Shown here: piece after piece, positions 38,538 through 50,829 of the stretch
How positions within the stretch are numbered: the first letter of the stretch is position 1
Layout: the number at the start of each line of letters is the position of its first letter
Assembly (NCBI RefSeq): GCF_006345805.1
Contig: NW_021832220.1
Span: 62,001 to 126,000, forward strand
Length of the DNA stretch: 64,000 bases
From: Octopus sinensis
Lineage: Eukaryota
Direction of reading: 5' to 3'
The notes under the pieces: generated by a model
The model's database searches: none
The model's input: the letters and a program-made list of their open reading frames with translations, nothing else
What the model was told of the DNA's origin: nothing
Made by a program: the position numbers and the translations under genes

Positions 38538-38660
38538 TGTATGGATAATGTACGGAGAGATAATGTCTCAAAACAACAGAAGAAGATAAAACACGAACTA
38601 AGACGAGAGAAATTGCATCATAAACAAAAAGATGAAGAAACGAAAAATAAACATCAAGAA
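38538..38660 (+). pseudogene. Duplicated copy of the SVBP exon at 40423, with a non-GT donor
   Basis: 123-nt open frame CMDNVRRDNVSKQQKKIKHELRREKLHHKQKDEETKNKHQE with an intact gaatttcag acceptor. The aligned donor reads ATAGAC instead of GTAAGT. Confidence 0.75.
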
Positions 38661-38719
38661 ATAGACATATTTGCTCATTTGTCTCACTTTCTGTATGTGT
38701 GTGTGTGTTTGAGTCTTTT

Positions 38720-38786
<67 letters not shown>

Positions 38787-39739
38787 CTTCCCCACACCCA
38801 CACGTACATACATACACACTCACACACATACACACACACACACACACGGACATACATCTATGCACACACATACATACACACATACTCACATACATTCATC
38901 GGACACACTGCCACCCAGACATACACACAGACACACTCACACATCCACACACATACATACTTACGCGCATACTCGCAGGCACGCGCACATACGCACTTGC
39001 GCCGGCTCGCGCACGCATACGTGCCGCATACACCTTGCTCTTGGACCCGACGAGACCTCCCGCCCGTTCCTGGGACCGTCGCGTGTCGTTGGGTTTTCCC
39101 ACGCCTGTCTCCGCGGTACCACTCTTCCATCTTCCCCTCAGCTGGAGTCCTTTTTCCTTAACCCCCCCCCTTTTTTCGTTACACACACGCGCACACATAT
39201 ACACACATTGCCTATATATATACATCACTCTTACACACATTCAATCTACTCGCCATTAATACCACCACGACACTGGACACACACACACACTACTACTCAA
39301 CACACGCTGGCACGCCACATACGCCCCCACCCCTTCCCCTCCCTCCCTTCCTCCTTCCTTCTTTTTCTTACTACTGACCTCCCTTCCTCCTTCCTTCTTT
39401 TTCTTACTACTGACCTTGTCTGCTAGCTGACCACTAGTCTCGCCCTACCTCACACGCCTACACACAGACGCACACACTAACACACACATATTTTTTTGTT
39501 TTTTCATCTCGCCTCACACACACACATACACACACGCACACGCACACACTCACACATATACACACATCTGTTGGGTTACCAACCTTGTCTCCACTCTTTT
39601 GCCTTTAAAAACCCACTTTGCTCTTGTTATCGTCAACATCCGCCTTTCACCATGTGCAACTCGTAAACACCAGTCGTCTTTTTTCTCTTTCCCTGTTGCC
39701 CGCTCTGGGATCTTTCTTTCCTCTCTCTTCCTTCTTTAT

Positions 39740-39774
39740 GTTTCCGACGAAGAGCTCCGCTCGAAACGTCATAC
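39740..39774 (+). ncRNA. Degenerate minimal hammerhead (CCGACGA core), same family as 37481
   Basis: GUUU CCGACGA A GAGC-UCC-GCUC GAAA CGU C^ AUAC. Helix III palindrome ACGU, triplet GUC, one mismatch in stem I. Confidence 0.5.
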
Positions 39775-40422
39775 CTCCCTGCTTCCATCTCCTGAGCGCC
39801 TATTAATAATAATACTGTAATTGTTCCTGTTGTTGTTGTTTTTTTGTTTCCCGTTTGGATTAAAATTATATATATATATATATATACACCCCTCCCTCCT
39901 TCTCCTCATCATCAACAACAACAACATCATAATCTGTTCAAACATTTAAGCATTGGCTGTGTGTGATTTAAAATCTTTCTCTTGTTCATCTGCTCTTTGT
40001 TAAAATGTTTTCAGTCTTACATTCCTCAATACTTCTTTTCTTAAAACTTTGTGAACGACATCAATATTGCACTTGCTACACGCTATCCATTAGTGGGACA
40101 AGTGTATAAAAAGTACCAGACTAAAGAATCTTTCAGTTTAAGCTTGTTTTCCTTTCTGATAAACTTCAAAATAACTATTAACTTTTTCCATTGATGCACA
40201 CACATACATACATACACTTACATTTATATTCATATATTCTTTCATAAATTTCCGACTTAAGGCTGTGGCCATATACACATATAGTTGTCTGTCTGTCTGT
40301 CTGTCTATCTATGCCTATATCCCTATATCTCTTTATCTATATCTACACGCACACACACACAATTTATATAAAGAAGGATTAGCAAGTGAAATTCAAAAAT
40401 ATTTTATTTTTCTGAATTTCAG

Positions 40423-40545
40423 ACTTTGGGAAATACTTGGAGAGATACTATCTTTAAACAAAAGAAGATGAAACATGAATTAAGACGGGAGAAGTTACTT
40501 CAAAAACAAAAAGATGAAGAAATGAAAAATAAACAACGCCATGAG
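40423..40545 (+). CDS. SVBP: SVBP-domain gene, penultimate coding exon
   Basis: tttttctgaatttcag acceptor, GTAAGT donor, phase 0-0, TLGNTWRDTIFKQKKMKHELRREKLLQKQKDEEMKNKQRHE. Confidence 0.8.
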
Positions 40546-40769
40546 GTAAGTTTATGCATAGATGAGCCAACGAGGGAGTCAAGTAATAGCAGCCCAATAT
40601 CCCTCAATTCTATCTCTATAGTCTTAAAAATGAAAGAAACATTCAATAATATAATCACATACGCACACACATACCTCGTATTTGTGTGTGTTGGCTTCCC
40701 AAACAAGTGGTTTCAAGGACAGTCCCAGTATCTGATACCTTTAGCAAGTGTCTTCCCAGATGTATATAT

Positions 40770-41640
40770 ATTCTATTATTAGTTTCAGCCAGAGAATATG
40801 AATGAAGTTAGAAAAGACATGGAAAGAACTGGAGCAACTGAATGAGGTAGTAATCATAAAATTGAGAGGACAGTAAAGGTTAGAAGAAGAAACAGGAAAG
40901 CAAATAGTACACGAAGAATTGATACAAAAGGGGACAGCATTAAAGGCCAGACTGAAAAAATATGATGCAAAGGCTGTGCACAGAATAGACTTTTCCAATC
41001 GAATAGAAGGCGTCTTTTTTGTGGAAATAGAGATGGAACAACGTCAGGAAATTTTGGAGAGAACTGTGGAACAGACCGATGAGACATAAAGAAAGCACAG
41101 AGTGGCAACTTGCAACTGTGCCAAGACAAAAGGGCATCAAAATCAATCATTTGGCTGAAGAACTTTACACAGTTGCATGAAAGGATTGCTGCACAACTGG
41201 ATAAATGCCTGCAGCATAGCCACGCCCCTATCTGGATGACAAGTGGAGGAACTCTGCTATATCTCAAGGATCCCTTGAAAAGTAACTTGATATCAAATTT
41301 TTTACCTATAACCTGTTTATCACTTATACGGAAGCTTAAGACCAGCATCTTAGTGGGAAAGGTATATAATCATTTAGAAAGTAACAATCTACTTCCAAAA
41401 ATGCAGAAAGGATGCAAGAAACAAAGTAGGGCAACAAAAGACCACTTATTAGTTGATAAAATGATAATTATAGACACAGAGAGATGGGACTAAATTAGCA
41501 TGGCTAGATTACAAAAAAGCATATGACATTGGATAAGTAAAATAATGATCATATTTGGAGTGGCAGAAAATATAGAAGAAAAAGTTTGATGAAAGTGAAA
41601 CATTGGAATGCTGAATTGATTGTGTGTTAAGGCCATCTCC
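40770..41640 (+). mobile_element. R4/Dong-like pre-RT/RT fragment
   Basis: ORF 41110-41493: WLKNFTQLHERIA..NFLPITCLSL..QKGCKKQSRATKDHLLVDKMII. Confidence 0.8.
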
Positions 41641-42649
41641 ACAGGTTTTCTACAGAAGTTATAGCCAGCTCTAATTTTGTGATGACACTTCCTATCTGAG
41701 ACGTCACTTATAAAGAAACAATGAAATTAAAGATGTCAAAATGGGTAATGAGCATATCTGCCATATTTTGGAAGATTTTGGTCCTTCATCTGCACCCATC
41801 TAAGTCGTTTATCATTCACAAACTCATTGCTTAAATAGCCACTGCATATAACGGTGTGACATTATTGGATATACTAATTTACATATTAAACACCTTCCTG
41901 GAAGCTGGTATTTCGTTATGCAACCATAATATGTTACAAAATATATTAAACGCATTTATAGGTCAATGCTGTGTACTTCAGTGCTGGTTGTAATTTCTAT
42001 AGAAAATTTGTAGAGATCACCTTAACACGGTTACTAATTACTTTGATTAAAGGTCTTCAGTTCGTGCCCATACCGTTTATTCTATGGCCATCATGCATCT
42101 AGCACTCCACTATTTAATGTCCTGCTTTGCTAAAATAGTAAGAGTGGTTTCAGTGACATTATGCAGCTCACATTCATGGGGTTTCGGTTTCAGCTTGCCA
42201 GTGAACGGTAAGTGTCTTTTACTATATAGGACAGTGCCTACCAATGTCTTTAGAAATGATTTAGCAGATGGAAACAATGCAGAAGTCCATAACATGTGTG
42301 TGTGTGTATGTATACATGTATATGTATATGTATACATATGTATGTACAGAAACATTCACACGCAAATACACACAAACACCTATGTGTATGTATACATGCA
42401 CATACATACATACATACATACGTATGTATGTGTAGGATTTGGAGTGTCGTTAAAGATTTTCAGCTTGATAGAGTTAAGTATGGTGAAATGAAATGAGATT
42501 TCATAAACAAATAGCGCATTGTGTGAGTTTCTTATAACTTCTTTAAATGTTCCTTAGGTACAAAAGTACGCACATTTTAAGCTAGTATAAGATCATACCA
42601 GTGTGCCCAGCGTCCTGAACTATTGGAATCTCACTCTGGATGATCAGTT

Positions 42650-42830
42650 TCAGTGCAATGTCTGTGAAATACGTTCAGGTCAGTGGAGGATTGAAGCAGC
42701 ACTTGAACATCCATAGGAGACAGGTGGCAAATGGAGCCAATGCTGAGATGAGACACTATTGTAGTATAGGTGATCAGCCCTTCAAATACCTTTCAGGGTG
42801 CAAAAATCATTTTAGAGCTTACACTAGGAA
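42650..42830 (+). pseudogene. Degenerate C2H2 zinc-finger remnant
   Basis: FQCNVC-[1-nt frameshift]-KYVQVSGGLKQHLNIH fits C-x2-C-x12-H-x3-H. A second decayed finger follows. Origin (ZNF gene or LINE) unknown. Confidence 0.4.
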
Positions 42831-43388
42831 AGAGAAACTAAAGGTAGAAGTAAAAGTCAAGCTCTGTAAGGAGTAGACAGTCACCATAGTATTGGCATAT
42901 AGATTTTATCTGAGACTTCATTATCCATTGTATTCCTAATTTAAGATGGTAATGTGCAATTTGAAGGAAATTTGACTGCTACCTCTGGTAGATCAACAAA
43001 TGGAAACTTTGTGAATTCTCGGTGTATGCATACGTGTGCACCCATGTTTGTGTGTGTGTGTGTGTATGTGTGAGTGAGGTTAATCATTTCTGGCCAAGAA
43101 AGGTAGAGATAACTTAAAACAGATTAAATATAAATTACACTAAATAGTCTTTGGTCGCATGATGAGAAATCCGCACATATTTCGGTTTTATTAGAGCTCA
43201 TCGACAAATCTGAGTGCAGTTTTGCAATGTAATTATGTTCTTTATTTCTAATTAGGGTTATCTCTATGTCTATATATCTGTCTACTTAACTATCTGTCTA
43301 TATATCTGTCTATCTGTTTTCATTTGTCTTTCCTACGTTGAATATGTTAACACTAACTTAACTAACTACATTACTTATTGCCTTTCAG

Positions 43389-43538
43389 ATATATGCTCTC
43401 AACAATCTAATGAAGAAACTAGAACACACCCACTTTAAGCAGTTCTGCGACTCAGTCGGTATCAAGCATAGAGATAATACTGAAACAAATACAGCCACAT
43501 TTAACGAATCAATTCTTTCACAAAATCTTATTATATGA
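43389..43538 (+). CDS. SVBP: SVBP-domain gene, last coding exon
   Basis: ttattgcctttcag acceptor; IYALNNLMKKLEHTHFKQFCDSVGIKHRDN..LII*. The spliced KQRHEIYALNNLMKKLEHTHFKQFC matches SVBP [27 protein letters not shown] (recalled). Confidence 0.82.
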   Translation: MYALNNLMKKLEHTHFKQFCDSVGIKHRDNTETNTATFNESILSQNLII

Positions 43539-44149
43539 GAACAATAATTTTTTTCAAAGAAAAGAATACCTTTTTAACATTGACTATTATTTTATCAGTT
43601 GTTTTATTCATATTATTTTTGTTGTTATCGCATGTTCGATGTACGAAATCATGGGATAATGATAATATCCTCGCAAATCGTTCTACTCAAGATACTGGTA
43701 ATACCCCTCGACAATATGCAACTCTCAGCTTTATACTATTCTACACCGCTTTCTGCATATGTCCATTTATATTGTGGCACAGTCCATTAAGAGCCAACCA
43801 GTAGGGGCGTTCTACTTCCACACAACAATTTTGTTGTTGCTGTTATTTAAATTCAGGGCAGCCTTCATTGCAGAGGCCTAAAGTCTTAAGATTAATATTC
43901 CAGTCACAACCGTGCCATCTTTTCATATTTCTAAGACTACATTATTGAATATGTCCTTTCCATTTTTTAAGATGGCAATGTGATGTGAGGAAGATTTGGC
44001 TGCTATTTCTTGTATGTTGAGTAACCTCATAGAGGAGCCATCTTTTCCTTCTGCCATAATTATTATTTCTTTCTCCTCAAGAATTGCTACCAAGCTAGTG
44101 TGTAGGAACCCAATATATTATGTGAAATATAAAAGCAACATGAATAGAA

Positions 44150-44900
44150 ACAACAGGTTGGAGTCAGTGTTTATATGAGATTTGGGAGAAGGATTCTACT
44201 CAACAACAGATTCAAGTTGTGTGGTGAGGTGCTGAAGGAAGAGCAGACTAGAAGGCTATCCAGTTCCAGGACACATGTAAAGGAAGAGGGTGTTTCAGGA
44301 AAGATCTGGCTGACGGCAGGTTTGAATTGAATGGAAGATGAGATTGATAACGAGGTGGGTACGGGGCAGGAGAGGAAAGAAACCTTAAATAGCAAGGGTG
44401 CTCGAAATGAATAGCGACAACAGTGTTGTATGATGTTGAAGAGCAACAACAGCTGGTTTGGGGTTACATTTATCTTGCCAAGAGCTGTTCAATTTACTTT
44501 CAACTCTTTGTTCCCACCCTGCATCTTTTACACTTGTTTTTCTTTAGCTTTTAACCTCAAGAATTTCTACAGCAACAGATGCTGCGCAGTGTATGAGATA
44601 TCATTCAGATCTGCTACGGCTTCAGTATAGATTTTCGTTGACAGCTCGTCTGTCTCTTTCACTACTTTAAAACAAAGTGTAATTGAACACAAAATCACAT
44701 GATTGCATGGTGAACTTTCCAACCATGGTTGCATGCAGGGACAGATAGTAAATTGATGCCAAAGAGAGGAATCACTGTTGTTTAGCCTCTGATTATACAC
44801 AATGAAGCTGATCTGTGATCAAAGACATTCAAAGTTTAACCATCTTTCTTACGAGTGTCGAGAATAGTTTGAGGGTGATTTGGCTGTTATACTTATAGGT
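44150..44900 (-). mobile_element. Degenerate CR1/L2-like LINE fragment
   Basis: Scattered linker-like and endonuclease-like peptide fragments with many stops. Confidence 0.35.
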
Positions 44901-45029
44901 GGAGCTATAAAATGCCGGGACATGGATGCAGTGTTGGTAGCGGGCATAATATTTTCGGTGATTACTGCAGCTGTTGATGGGTCCTACACAAGAGATGATG
45001 GCTGTTTCAGCAGCAACAGAGGATATTTA

Positions 45030-45420
45030 TATCCAATGAATGATAGGGTAGGACAGTAGCTCATCAGAGCAGTGGGTCTCTTTCACAACTGTGCCCCACA
45101 CATAGTAAACCATGTAATTCAATTGATGGAATCAGGTGGCTAGAAAAGGGGCTGGTGAAATCGTAGAAATTCTCCGACAACCATTTATGACTCTTTCCAG
45201 AGCTGAATCTTGCTGCCACATACATGGCCTTCCAGCAGCAGCTCTCTCTCCAGCCAAGAATTGACCACAGTCTCCAGCAACTTCACATTAAGGCCTTGTT
45301 CAAAGAAGTGGGGTAGCATGATGTCACCCCCACTCTCTCTCTCTCTCACACACACACTCACTCATACACAGAAGGTGTTTGGGCAAAATTTGATGCATTT
45401 TATGTCTTCCTTTTTGAGGA
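45030..45420 (-). mobile_element. Tc1/mariner-superfamily transposase remnant
   Basis: GDIMLPHFFEQGL..LLETVVNSWLER, HVCGSKIQ/WQQDSA-like segment, KSHKWLSENFYDFTSP, YYVWGTV. Confidence 0.6.
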
Positions 45421-46535
45421 ACATCTTGATGTATTGGTGAACAGTCAGTGGTGTTGAAGAGCACAAAGATTAAAATTGTAGTTAAGAAAAAGTTAGCTGA
45501 CATGGAGAAAGGAAGCCATGTGAATATTGGTAGAGTTATTTGAGGATGATTTGTTCAGGATTTTCAAAATGCTGATACCATGACTGCTGCTCATTGCTCT
45601 GTGAATAGTGTAAAGATTGTAAAACATGTCCCACATATCATGAAAACCAAGTTCCCTCAAGCTGCAAATGGTCTTTGGGTGTTTCCAGTGACAGTGATAT
45701 CATGGCGTCTTACATCTTTGAACTTGGCCCTAGGTTACATAGACCACGTCTGATGTTCACCTTCTCAGAATTACTACCACACATATAGAGTCTAAATAAC
45801 AAAGAACATCTCAACCACTCCCAAAACATCTTCCCCAAACCCTAGAAAACAAGTTCAGCCTTCAGATTTTTTTATAACTCACTCACATATATATAAAATG
45901 TATGAATTTTCTTTAAAAGCCCCATTATTCTTGATGAATGCCCCAAAGGGACTAAAGCGCTAGATAAATATTTATAAAAAACTTGACTACCTCCCTTTTC
46001 TTTATATATAGATATAGGTAAGATTCAGTTGAATTAGGTACTTAATTTGAGGCACCTCATTAGGTCGGAATAATATACGCACACAATATTAAGTATCAAA
46101 CTTGGTAGATAAGTACCGGGCGAATGATATTGTTGCAGTGGATGTAGATAATTAGACCGAGCTGAGTGAAGAAATCCGCTCTTAGCTCTTCAGACATGTA
46201 CTTTATATTAAAAATACTGTCCATAATATTTATGAGGAGCAGATTCCGAGACAGGTGAATAAAATATGAGTAACAGAGAGGTACAGGTGTCAATCCATTA
46301 CGGTCGTTTTTAACGACTCCTTTAATTGATTAATGAAAACATTACGTCATTGTAAAGAAACCGTTTCTGTCAGATGAATTCATGAACTTCAAAATAGAGG
46401 ACAATAAGAATGACTTGACATAGTTTGAAATCCATCCACGGGGCAAAATCATTTACAGTGATTCTGCTACTATTTCATTTTCATTAATCAATTATAGGAG
46501 TTGTTAGAAACGGCCGTAATGGATTGACATCTGTA

Positions 46536-46592
<57 letters not shown>

Positions 46593-47039
46593 CAAACTAA
46601 AAAGTTTGTTATAGGTATGTATAAGATAAAATCTTATATAAAGCCCTACTAACAATTAGAAAAATGGAGAAGAGAAGATGTTAAATGTTCAAATTAGAAT
46701 TTAATTTCCACATTTGACCATTTCAAATGGTAATACAAACATGTAAGAAAAAAACATTATAATAATAATAATAATTAAAATAGTTATGTATTACCATTCT
46801 TGTCAGTGCAAAAAATTAAAGGAAAGCATAAAAAATGGTATATATATATTTACACACACACACACACAAGACTCCTTCGGTCATGAGTGAGCAACCTAGA
46901 AAATTTCCAACCGAGACACAAGTCCAGGTAAGGTTGTTTACAGAAGACTAGCAGGCGCTCATGCATACCAGCCTCCCCTCTCTATGCCACAATGTTATCC
47001 AAGGGAAAGGCAAAGGCCGATACAGCTTTGCACCATAAT

Positions 47040-47500
47040 AACTAATCAAACACTTATCTTAAGCAAAAGGCAAAATTCAATATGAACAAACAGTATCCAA
47101 GTGTAATGATAACAGATGTGGAATATGTCAATGCATGCATACTGGTAGATCCATTAGAACCAAAAAATGGGCAGATTTTACACAAATGCAGATGTGAACT
47201 GCAAAAGCAGAAATTTGATCTACTGCATTAAATGCCCTAATTGTGAGGAACTATATATTGGCAAGACGGAACGCATTATCGGAATGCTCATGAGTCCACA
47301 GACAACAAATCCGGGACACTAATGTTCACCAAATTCCATTGAGCAAACATTTAGAAACATGTGGTCAGAAAATGTTTCTAATTTTTCTTTTCCACAAACT
47401 ACGTGACACAAATGAGGTTGGAAGAAAGATAAAAGAAAAACGGTTTATTAAAATGTTCAGACCTGTTGTGAATGGAAATAACAACAATAATGTAACAACC
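47040..47500 (+). mobile_element. Penelope GIY-YIG endonuclease remnant
   Basis: KCNDNRCGICQ..NCKSRNLIYCIKCPNCEELYIGKT..HRQQIRD..IPLSKHLETC, homologous to ORF 23243. Confidence 0.75.
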
Positions 47501-47946
47501 AGTGAATGATGTGGATTGAAAATATAAACAAGTTACAGAATATCGGCATGCCATTCCCCCTCCCCAAGCGTTCAGTCATACTGTAGCGTCTCCTATCCTT
47601 CACTCACCCTCGCATGCTGGGTGACAAGTTATTGTGACAAACATGCAGATTAAAAGTTATTATTTTTCCTGTTTTTAAAACCTTGACCATTTATCCTGGG
47701 GTTTATTTTCCTATCTATACTTACCTTGTTTATTTTATTATCATTTGTAGTTTTAGTTTTTACAATATGTATCATATTTGGGTTATCTATTATTTTGTCT
47801 TCATTATTTACATTAAATATGTATTTACTGGGTCTATGATATTGTGTTTATGTCCTGCTTTTCCAAGTGCATCATTATACAAGTTAGCAGTTTTGTAGAA
47901 GATTTCTTCATTATACAAAAGATAAGTAAGCTTCTTTTCTATGTTG

Positions 47947-48215
47947 TTAATGTATTTTCTTGATTGATTTTGGATGATTACTCAGATTATTAATATATCT
48001 TAGATTTGTATTGGGTTTATGATACAGTTCGTATTTGCCAGTTATAAGATTAAAGTTAATATCTAAAAAATTAATCGAGTTATTTTCTTTTTCAATAGAG
48101 ATTGAGAGACCATGATTTAAAACAAATTTATGGAATTTTTTCTTATACAGTTCTAATTTTCTACTTGATGGGTTTTTAATTAGAAACTGCACATCATCCC
48201 TATATAGTCTGCCTG
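47947..48215 (-). mobile_element. Penelope RT fragment (YRDD type)
   Basis: GRLYRDD..GLSISIEKENNSINFLDINFNLITGKYELYHKPN..SNHPKSI. Confidence 0.75.
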
Positions 48216-48299
48216 GTTATCACATTTTACTGCTTTTCTTGCATTTCTATCCCTTTTGTGCATCAGGTACTTCGTTGATATTTCCTGTTCTTAGACTGC

Positions 48300-49075
48300 A
48301 AATGCATACCCTTCAAAGGGGAAGGTAGTAATCCGGCTATTGGTCCATGATAAACTACTTTGATAATCGATTTTACTAATATCATGGAGCTTTCTGCTAA
48401 TATATCTATGCATAGTCTTCTGCTCATACAGGCTCATCCTATCATCTGATATGTTACAGTGGAGTCGTGTGACTTCTTTGGGCATGTATCAGACAGAGCG
48501 TGTTGCTCAAGGACTGCCTTTCAAGTCTTATGTTAAGACTATACTACCTTGTTTCTGTTTTAGGTAGAGGCAGTCTATGCCACTGTTTATGTTGAAATTA
48601 TATGCTTGTTAGTATTTTTCGGGTTTTCACATCAATGGCTCGGATCTCATCAAGCATCCAGTCAACCAGCCCAAACGTTGGTACGAGTACTGGCACATTG
48701 TGGAACACTGTTTTATTGAATGTAGAGAGTTCTGAGGTCCAAATTTTCTTTATTCAGCTGTAATATTCTTTAGTGACATGTGTTTTGTTGCAAGTGCCAT
48801 TGTAAAACATATTTTCAGCCACCCCTAGATATGTGTAACATTCCTCGTCAGATACGGGGGAAACAGTCAAATCGTTGATGGAGATGTTATTAGTCTGGTT
48901 TATAATTTTGCCCCTTTTCACAACCATATAACAACATTTATCCTGACCAAACTCCAACCCTACATCCTTTGAGAATGTTGTAACTAGGTCAAGGCTATTT
49001 TTCCTCACATGCATATTCTTTGCATCGTCCACAAAGAAACATTGAGATAACCTTCAAACTTCTTTAACATGAATG
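48300..49075 (-). mobile_element. R4/Dong-like RT C-terminal fragments
   Basis: ORF 48754-49032 (FSKDVGLEFGQDKC..YTYLGVAE) and downstream VPTFGLVDWMLDEIRAIDVKTRKIL. Confidence 0.75.
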
Positions 49076-49126
49076 ACAAGGGGTTTACTGAAAGCATGTA
49101 TGTATGTGTGTATGCATGCACATATA

Positions 49127-49720
49127 CGAAGGGGTACCCAAAAGAAACTGGAATTTTGCAATATTATTTTATTCACTTAGTTTTACATGTTTACACTTTT
49201 ATCGCCTCAAAGTATTCTCTGTTTGAAGCAATGCATCGGTCCAGGCACACTTCCACCATTCAAAGCAGTCCTGGAACAGTTGCAAAGTGATACTTTTAAC
49301 GTCTCCATCACTTTTTTATTTACCTTTTCCATATCTGAAAATTCTGTAACACCAGCTTTCATCACCAGTGATGACCTGTTTTATTGAATGCAGAGAGTTC
49401 TGATGTTCAACTTTCCAACTGTTCTTTCAGTTCATGACATGCATTCAGTCGTGACGGCTTTTGATCTTCCGTAAGCAAGCAAGGCACAAACTTTGCTGCA
49501 ACTCTTTTCATTCGCAATTCCTCACTCAAAATTTGTGGCAGGGGCTCCAGGACACAGCAGTTACATCAAGTTCGTCAATTGCTTGGTGACGGTCCTCCAA
49601 GATCACTTCATGAATTTTCATGACGTTTTCATGCGCTCGGGAGGTCAACGGTCACCCTGAACGAGGTTGGTCTTCAAGCAACAAGTGACCATTCCTAAAG
49701 TGTGGAAACCCCTCGTAAGC
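49127..49720 (-). mobile_element. Internally deleted mariner
   Basis: TA-CGAAGGGGTACCCAAAAG terminus; degenerate LEDQPRSG, EELRMKRVAAKFVPCLLTEDQK and CFEWW..LDRCIASNREYFE. Confidence 0.75.
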
Positions 49721-50369
49721 TTATATAAATATAAATATAAGTATGCATACAAGGGTGTGTGTGTGCATGCGCATGTACGCCTGTGATTGCAATTTGCAAC
49801 TCATAGAATAATAAAGAAAAGTGAAAGAAATGTGTTTCAGCGATATTTTATTATTCAATATACATTCAGTTTTGCATCCACGTTTAGTAAAATAATCATA
49901 GTATAATTATTAAAATACACAAGGCACTGTTCCACCGATAACATAGTTTGGTTGTTTAAATACTTCTGATACTTCTAAAAAGAAAAATAACGTAAATACA
50001 GAAATGTTATAAAAAAATATTTTTTAACCGAGGTAGAAGGTCCCTAGTTTTCTTTTGTAAGGCAGAAAGTCGTTTATTCGACAACAATATTAAACTGGTT
50101 CTTTGTTTTATTGACCCCACCCACCAGATAAAATGTAAGGCTAACATCAACTCCATTATTCAACTGATACTTATTTCATCGACAGCAAGGGCTGACAGGC
50201 AAAGCCAACCTTGGCAGCATTTGAGCTCAGGACGAAAGACCGCTAAACATTTTCCTCGGTGGGGAAACTATACTGCTAGCTTGCCGAGTTAATGCTGTTG
50301 CTGCTGCTGCTTCTACTACTACTACTACTACTACTAATAACAACAACAACAACAACCCTTTCTACTATA

Positions 50370-50825
50370 TATAAAAGATGGGCTACAGCAAATATTCTGC
50401 TCAATATCACAGATTTGTTTGTCAGTTGTTTGACCCTAACCAGTTGAGAACGTCCTTTAGTGACTGACAAAATGTACATCTCTGATCATGAGTAGAAGTA
50501 GTAGGAGCATCATAGCCATGTGTTGAGAGGGTTTGAATAATTTCCCTCTGGAAACATGGGTGTCCTACCCTATTGGGGCGACTTTTCGTTCAACATCCTT
50601 ACACAACCCTTATTCAGTGACCTTTTGAGTGAGATGAGCTACTTGACGTGAAGAAAATTCTAACTGGGCCCCATCTGCAAGGTCATGTAGCGTTTATCAC
50701 CATTTTGCGTATATATAGTTATGATGCATGTGTACTGTTATCAGACAGGTAGGCTTGATGGGTATATTGGGCTTTGTATATTTTGCTCCATGTCACTTTG
50801 ATGGCATGCACTGCTCTCTCACTGG
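50370..50825 (+). repeat. About 500-bp interspersed repeat, copy 1 of 3 (others about 52020-52546 and 59610-59880)
   Basis: Shared TATAAAAGATGGGCTACAGCAAATATTCTGCTCAA..CTGGAAACATGGGTG..GATGGCATGCACTGCTCTCTCACT. Class not determined. Confidence 0.8.
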
Positions 50826-50829
50826 ACAG

